DNA of 64,000 nt, from positions 186,001 through 250,000 of the IMG/VR virus record IMGVR_UViG_3300028840_008160. One strand, given 5' to 3'. Below are positions 58,745 through 64,000 of this stretch, one piece after another (position 1 is the first letter of the stretch; each line of letters opens with the position of its first letter). The notes under the pieces are model-generated. The model had not been told where the DNA came from. It worked only from the letters and a program-made list of their open reading frames with translations, and searched no databases. Position numbers and translations under genes: made by a program.

Positions 58745-60135
58745 CTAACAATAATTTCTTGTTTTGCTAATTGCATATCATTTGCGTGCATATAAATTTC
58801 ATAAGGTGGATAACCAGTCCATGGAGTAGTTATACCATTTGCTTCTACAGTGACATTGGACAATGTCGGCGGTATATACACGTTTGTCGGTGCTGCGATT
58901 GGTAAACTGTCGTATGTCAATGTAAATTTTTTGCCGATTATGCCCCATACAGGATTTGCTCCGGATATGTTTCTTGGATATACACGAACTAATTTGTCTA
59001 TAACTGGTTTGGGATTACCGCTATCATCTAACATACCATAAGTATTATACGACGATTTATCATAACTCCAATAACACCAACCAACTTTATATTTATCTGC
59101 TAAATCACAAAAATCATTTACATAATTTAAATATCCTGGCACATCTGGTGGTGCGCCAAATTCACCGAAGACTAATGGAACGCCGTAAGATTTTGCTTCG
59201 TCAACTTTGATTTTTATAGCTTGTTCCATGATACTTCTATTATACCATTTGTATGGTCTGCCTTCATGTACTAAGGCGTCATAATAATGTGGAAAATATA
59301 TTGCTCTGTTGTTTTGTGGTGCAAATTTTAGAAAACTTGGTATTCCAGAACTTGTTGATATCCACGGTTCAAAAAACATATTAGAATATAATGAACTGTT
59401 AAGTAGTCTAGCCCACATATCTTTATAAAAATTTGTTAACACTTTACTTTCAAATGCTGTCGTTAAACCCGGAAAAGGTTCATTCATTACATCAAAACCA
59501 ACTAATGTTGGTGGTTGATTTGGCAATGAAGCTTCGATTCTATTCATTGTGTATTCGACAGCATTCAAGTATTGTGTTTTGCGCGAACTGCTTTTCCAAA
59601 AATTTGTAAATGCTGTAAGCACTGCTGGTTGTAAATAATTTCGACTCCAAGGCTCCCATGCTGGCGTAATAAAGTTAACAGTTTGATATACATCACCAAT
59701 AAAAGGAATCGTAATTTTAACTCTTTGATCAATTGACCAATCAGGAAAACCGTTTCCTGTAAAACGTTCTGCCATTAAATCTTGATGAAAGTCGACTATT
59801 GAATAAATTCCTGCATTTCTTAATAAGTTAAGATCAGTTATAACCTGATCAATGTATGCGTTATTGTAATTACCTGCTGTTGGTTCTATTTCACTCCAAA
59901 ATACTAGGTACCTGACAAGGCTAAACCCCCAGCTTCTAAGTTTTAAAATATCTAGAACTTCGGGCCACATTTCATGTCCTGGTGAATGTTTTTGATAATT
60001 TGAAATATTAACACCATGAAATATGAAGATTCTGTTATGTGAATCATAAATATAGTTAGTATCAGATATTACAGGCGGTTCATAATTTTGTTTTATATAG
60101 TTGATCATTTGAATTAAATATCTACTTATAGCCAT
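58735..60135 (-). CDS. glycoside hydrolase family 5, endoglycoceramidase-like
   Basis: R.FIFHGVNIS, VRY...WS.IEP..G.Y...Y, VDFHQD, GFPDW, GFDVMNEP (acid/base), PHYYD, VFGEFG (nucleophile), LVRVYP. Confidence 0.88.
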   Translation of the reverse strand: MAISRYLIQMINYIKQNYEPPVISDTNYIYDSHNRIFIFHGVNISNYQKHSPGHEMWPEVLDILKLRSWGFSLVRYLVFWSEIEPTAGNYNNAYIDQVITDLNLLRNAGIYSIVDFHQDLMAERFTGNGFPDWSIDQRVKITIPFIGDVYQTVNFITPAWEPWSRNYLQPAVLTAFTNFWKSSSRKTQYLNAVEYTMNRIEASLPNQPPTLVGFDVMNEPFPGLTTAFESKVLTNFYKDMWARLLNSSLYSNMFFEPWISTSSGIPSFLKFAPQNNRAIYFPHYYDALVHEGRPYKWYNRSIMEQAIKIKVDEAKSYGVPLVFGEFGAPPDVPGYLNYVNDFCDLADKYKVGWCYWSYDKSSYNTYGMLDDSGNPKPVIDKLVRVYPRNISGANPVWGIIGKKFTLTYDSLPIAAPTNVYIPPTLSNVTVEANGITTPWTGYPPYEIYMHANDMQLAKQEIIVRWS

Positions 60136-60216
60136 GTAGTCCTCCAATTTTTTTGACGTGTATAGTTACTGTGTTTATCAAAAATTGATAACACATGTAT
60201 AATTTAAGGAGGATAC

Positions 60217-60729
60217 GTGAAAAAAGTCTCTCGAAAATGGCAGGATTTGACATACGAAGAACAGACGAAATATCTTCGTAAACATAGGAAAAGTAAACAA
60301 CGTCCGACAGGTATGCCTGTAGATCCACGATTTGTTGAAGTTAATGAGATTAAGCAGACTATGGGTGGATTGAATAAAATGGTTGAAGGAAAAGAAGAAC
60401 AAGTACAGCAGCAAGCAGATGAATGGTTAACGAAATTAAAACAATTGGGATTCACAGAACTAGATACTGATGGTCATGTGATAAAGCTTCAACGAGGAAA
60501 TGTTTTGGCATCTGTTGGTATAGGTAAAGGCAAAATGCGATGGTTTGCTCATTTTGACATAAATCCAATACATACAGCTAATTGCAAGTACATCAAAAAA
60601 GATGACGTGTATTATATGAAATGTGATGGTGAGAATATTCCTGTAGACATTGATGCTCCACCAAAATTTAAAGCTAATTCAGAAATGATTATAAAACAAG
60701 CTGTGAAAGAATTTTTAACAAGGGAGTAG
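60217..60729 (+). CDS. hypothetical protein with shared W..L.Y.EQ..YL..H module
   Basis: AAGGAGG RBS, GTG start; RKWQDLTYEEQTKYLRKH. Confidence 0.7.
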   Translation: MKKVSRKWQDLTYEEQTKYLRKHRKSKQRPTGMPVDPRFVEVNEIKQTMGGLNKMVEGKEEQVQQQADEWLTKLKQLGFTELDTDGHVIKLQRGNVLASVGIGKGKMRWFAHFDINPIHTANCKYIKKDDVYYMKCDGENIPVDIDAPPKFKANSEMIIKQAVKEFLTRE

Positions 60730-60732
60730 TTT

Positions 60733-61215
60733 ATGTTGAAGTATCTTGCAGCTATTCAAGCTGAATTTCTTAAACTCGCCCGAAAATGGGATGATTTATC
60801 GTATGAGCAGCAAAGAGGTTATTTATCTCGTCATCCTCGTACGAAACGCCGAGTTACTGCAATGCCACCTCGAAGATCGCCAACTAGTGGATTAAGGGTG
60901 GAAGATCCACATAGAGGTCAATCTAGAGATATTTTAGGTATGCTTCGTGATGTCACTAATGCAGCTTCACAAACACCCGTATGGCGCAAATACGTGACTG
61001 TAAGAAATGATCGCAATAACAAATATCATTATTTTGGCGTTTTTGAAAATAAAGATGGCGGATTTACTGCAGCTAATGTGTATGGTCGTATTGGTTATCC
61101 TCCAAGAGGCGCTGTTGTTTTAGCCACAGCAGCAAAACCTGACGGTGCAATAAGAGCTGCTGAAGCTAAACTTGCTAAGAAAATGCAAAAAGGATATGTG
61201 CCGACAAAACTCTAG
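60733..61215 (+). CDS. WGR-domain protein with shared N-terminal leader
   Basis: MLKYLAAIQAEFLKLA; NNKYHY...YGRIG...A....KL.KK..KGY (WGR). Confidence 0.75.
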   Translation: MLKYLAAIQAEFLKLARKWDDLSYEQQRGYLSRHPRTKRRVTAMPPRRSPTSGLRVEDPHRGQSRDILGMLRDVTNAASQTPVWRKYVTVRNDRNNKYHYFGVFENKDGGFTAANVYGRIGYPPRGAVVLATAAKPDGAIRAAEAKLAKKMQKGYVPTKL

Positions 61216-61244
61216 ACTTTTTTACATCTTTTGCTAGTGTGGTT

Positions 61245-61282
61245 AAGGGTGCCAAGAAATATCTTGGCACCCTTTTTCTTTG
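61245..61282 (+). terminator. intrinsic terminator
   Basis: aagggtgccaaga-aata-tcttggcaccctt followed by a T-rich tract. Confidence 0.85.
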
Positions 61283-61318
61283 TCTTTCTACGTGACTACT
61301 AGCAAAAAGGAGATAATA

Positions 61319-61957
61319 ATGAGTAAAGTCAAAGAATTTGAAATGGATGATTTTCAAAAATCAATTATTGCTATACGATATTGGCTATTAGCAAAAGAAT
61401 ACTATATGGCATTGGATGCGATGGAATTCGCCGCCAATACTCATGTTGGACTTCGTAAAGACGGTGTTACGCCTGAATTTGCTCATCAATTAGCTGTCGC
61501 TACTTATGTTCGAACATTATACAATGGCTTGATATATCCCGAAGAATCATTTGCTGCAATGTTTTTACATGATATTGTAGAAGATTATGATATTAGTGTA
61601 CGGACTATTGCTAATCGATTTGGCGAAAGAGTAGCTAGATCAGTGCGTTTATTGTCAAAGAAAATTGATGGTGTCAAAAAGTCAATTGAAATGTATTATG
61701 ATGAAATGTCGCACGATGCAATTGCTTCAATTGGCAAGGGCGCTGATCGTATTCATAATTTACCGTCGATGATTGATGTATTTACTTTGAAAGGACAAAA
61801 GTGGTATATTGAAGAGACTAATACATATATTTTGCCAATGATTAAACAAGCTAGAAGACGATTTCCTCAGCAAGAACCTCTTTATGAGAATGCAAAACGA
61901 ATGCTACAATGTCAAGTGACGTTAATTGAAGCACTATTGAAAGAAAAAGAGAAATGA
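61319..61957 (+). CDS. HD-domain hydrolase, (p)ppGpp hydrolase / Mesh1-like
   Basis: A..FA...H.G.RKDG.TP...H...VA, LHDIVED, FG..VA..V..L.K, K.ADRIHN. Confidence 0.85.
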   Translation: MSKVKEFEMDDFQKSIIAIRYWLLAKEYYMALDAMEFAANTHVGLRKDGVTPEFAHQLAVATYVRTLYNGLIYPEESFAAMFLHDIVEDYDISVRTIANRFGERVARSVRLLSKKIDGVKKSIEMYYDEMSHDAIASIGKGADRIHNLPSMIDVFTLKGQKWYIEETNTYILPMIKQARRRFPQQEPLYENAKRMLQCQVTLIEALLKEKEK

Positions 61958-62679
61958 AACCATTAACAATAAGTTTAGTAAGACATGGCGAGTCTGAAGG
62001 TAATGTTAATAAGACTATTTATCGTGATTTGCCAGATTACAAAGTACCTTTAACAGTTAATGGTTTAGAGCAAGCTAAATGTGCCGGACAACAAATTGAT
62101 AAGTTTGTAGCTAAGAATAATGAGATGTATGAACTGCCGTTTCCTGGCTGTATGGCTAGAATATATTGTTCTCCATGGTATCGCACAAGACAAACAGCAG
62201 ATGCTATTATTAGTCAACTGACATTTGATATTGAGTATAGAGAAGATCCTCGATTACGAGAACAAGAATGGGGCAATTATCAAATTGCTGAAATTGCTGA
62301 AAAGATTAAAAATGAACGATATAAATTTGGCACATTTTTTTATCGGATGCCAGACGGAGAATCTGGTGCAGATGTTTTTGATAGAGTGTCAGATTTTTTA
62401 GATACACTACATCGTGATTTTCAAAATTCAAATATGCAACCGCATGTAATAATTGTTACACACGGTTTAACGTTACGATTGTTTTTAATGCGTTGGTTTC
62501 ATTGGACAGTTGAAGAATTTGAGAGTTTAGAAAACCCTGATAATTGTCAGATTATAAATTTGAAGTTTAATGCAGATAAAGATAAGTATTATTTGGATTC
62601 TGAATTAATAACAGTTAATGGTCAAACTTTTCAAGGACCAAAAGACAATGAACGCCGAATCATTCGTAGATCTAATTAA
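61954..62679 (+). CDS. histidine phosphatase (phosphoglycerate mutase family)
   Basis: LVRHGES.GN, SP..RTRQT, LREQ.WG, GES..DV..R, VTHG. Confidence 0.92.
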   Translation: MKPLTISLVRHGESEGNVNKTIYRDLPDYKVPLTVNGLEQAKCAGQQIDKFVAKNNEMYELPFPGCMARIYCSPWYRTRQTADAIISQLTFDIEYREDPRLREQEWGNYQIAEIAEKIKNERYKFGTFFYRMPDGESGADVFDRVSDFLDTLHRDFQNSNMQPHVIIVTHGLTLRLFLMRWFHWTVEEFESLENPDNCQIINLKFNADKDKYYLDSELITVNGQTFQGPKDNERRIIRRSN

Positions 62680-63301
62680 AACAATTAATGGGTCTAACAC
62701 CAATCAGAACATATTATGTCTTCATATGTTTAAAACAATTATTGAATCATATGCAGAACCTCATAGGTTCTATCATACATGGACACATATTGTACATGGT
62801 TTAAATGAAATGATTGAAGAGATTAATGCTGATAACATTAATCTTCTTCGTCTAGCATATATGTATCACGATATTGTGTACATACCGTGCTATGAATATA
62901 ATGAAGAAGCAAGTGCAGCAAAATTATGGGTTGACGGACATCATTTAGGTATTGACACAAAAACTTTGTATGTTTTACGAGATCTGATATTAGTAACTGA
63001 TCATAAAAGTCCTGCTAAATTTCGAGATCACAGACTTATTGCAGATGTAGATTTAACAATTTTTGGTCAGGATTATGATACAATAAAAGAGTATAATAAT
63101 GATATTCGAAAAGAATATTTTTGGCTGCCTGACATGACATATTTGCTGGCACGAATCAAGATATTAAGTCGCTTTGTTAAGAAAGATAATATTTTTTATA
63201 CGCAATATTTTAGAACAAAATATGAAGAAATTGCAAGAAATAATTTACATCGTTTAATTGGTTCACTTCAAAGTGATTTATTAGCTGTTCCTCGGTGTTA
63301 A
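62648..63301 (+). CDS. HD-superfamily metal-dependent phosphohydrolase
   Basis: Y.EPHRFYH...HI, YHDIVY...NEE.SA, D.DL.I.G, IR.EY, A..N. Confidence 0.85.
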   Translation: MNAESFVDLIKTINGSNTNQNILCLHMFKTIIESYAEPHRFYHTWTHIVHGLNEMIEEINADNINLLRLAYMYHDIVYIPCYEYNEEASAAKLWVDGHHLGIDTKTLYVLRDLILVTDHKSPAKFRDHRLIADVDLTIFGQDYDTIKEYNNDIRKEYFWLPDMTYLLARIKILSRFVKKDNIFYTQYFRTKYEEIARNNLHRLIGSLQSDLLAVPRC

Positions 63302-63302
63302 T

Positions 63303-64000
63303 GTGGATATTCAATTAAGTAAAACAATTTCTTATGTCTTGAGACATGGCCCTCACGAGTTTGGTGTTGAACTTGATGATGAAGGTTGGGTAGAACTTGA
63401 TAAATTGTATACAGCATTAGCTAAGCATAGTCGTTTCAAGACTGTCACTGTTCAAGATATTGAAACAATTATTCGTGAATCAAATAAACAACGATTTGAA
63501 TTGAAAAACAACAAAATTCGTGCATTTTATGGCCATTCAATCAAAAAGAAAATACATCGGTCTTCAGTTGTTCCACCCAGCATACTATATCATGGTACAT
63601 CACCAGAAGCAGCAAAGTTAATTTTTGAAAAAGGGCAAGGATTATTGCCTATGGGTCGTCAGCATGTCCATTTAGCATCGACGATCAAGACTGCTATTAT
63701 AACAGGACGAAGAAAAGCAAGAAAGCCTGTGATATTAATTGTTGATGTAGTTGCTGCTCTTGGACATGTCAAATTTTATGCTGGAAATGAAGATATTTGG
63801 TTGGCAGAACCTGTACAAGTTGAGTTTTTGTCAAGATTCGAACCAAGTAAAGTTGTTGTGTCCGAGGGTATTGGTGGTACATGGCACTATCATTTAAGTT
63901 TTGAAAACAGCATTGCTACATCACTGTGCAGTAAACAGACGATGGCTTCGAATTTGTCTAGGAATTCATGGGGAATTAAATCTCACCTTAATGAGCGATA
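63303..64000 (+). CDS. kptA: RNA 2'-phosphotransferase (Tpt1/KptA), runs off the window end
   Basis: read by hand from GTG 63303: LSK.ISYVLRH.P, K.RF, IRA.YGHS, LYHGT, GL.PMGRQHVHL; frame open to 64000. Confidence 0.9.
   Translation, partial: MDIQLSKTISYVLRHGPHEFGVELDDEGWVELDKLYTALAKHSRFKTVTVQDIETIIRESNKQRFELKNNKIRAFYGHSIKKKIHRSSVVPPSILYHGTSPEAAKLIFEKGQGLLPMGRQHVHLASTIKTAIITGRRKARKPVILIVDVVAALGHVKFYAGNEDIWLAEPVQVEFLSRFEPSKVVVSEGIGGTWHYHLSFENSIATSLCSKQTMASNLSRNSWGIKSHLNER

Noticed and set aside
1-64000. CRISPR array, tRNA or rRNA genes
   Set aside because: No regularly spaced repeat-spacer units and no cloverleaf or T-loop signatures seen by eye; a tRNAscan run would be needed to exclude them fully
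1-64000. Stop-codon reassignment as in some jumbo phages
   Set aside because: Conserved genes are full length in the standard code and end in TAA, TAG and TGA; the breaks seen are frame changes, not in-frame stops

Overview
AT-rich (roughly one-third GC), densely coding, almost all + strand segment that reads as part of a large (jumbo-type) bacteriophage genome, probably of an anaerobic host. The left part (1-27 kb) is a replication and nucleotide module: 5'-3' exonuclease, HU, a dCMP hydroxymethylase-type thymidylate synthase homolog next to a glycosyltransferase (a probable DNA hypermodification pair), a DnaE polymerase broken into three ORFs with a split intein and a second cis mini-intein, UvsY-, gp32- and RecA-like proteins, RuvC, NrdD/NrdG, SbcD/SbcC, dCTP deaminase, an AAA ATPase and a ligase. 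The middle holds probable virion proteins rich in K/R-x-A motifs, an amidase, SpoVG and an Hc1-like protein. The right part is accessory: CCA-adding enzyme, topoisomerase IB, RNase Y, YhaM, transglycosylase, SLOG, WGR-PARP, nuclease, pYEATS, GH5, HD hydrolases, histidine phosphatase and Tpt1/KptA. The most notable unexplained signals are: (1) a ~285-nt, ~49% GC non-coding island at 57.56-57.84 kb with several potential stems and a possible pseudoknot, where an epimerase gene breaks off; (2) a shared N-terminal leader on five otherwise unrelated proteins, possibly a virion-packaging tag; (3) the three-piece, trans-spliced DnaE; (4) a ~125-nt rod-like ncRNA candidate at 44.42-44.55 kb. All assignments come from reading motifs by eye; no database search was run.
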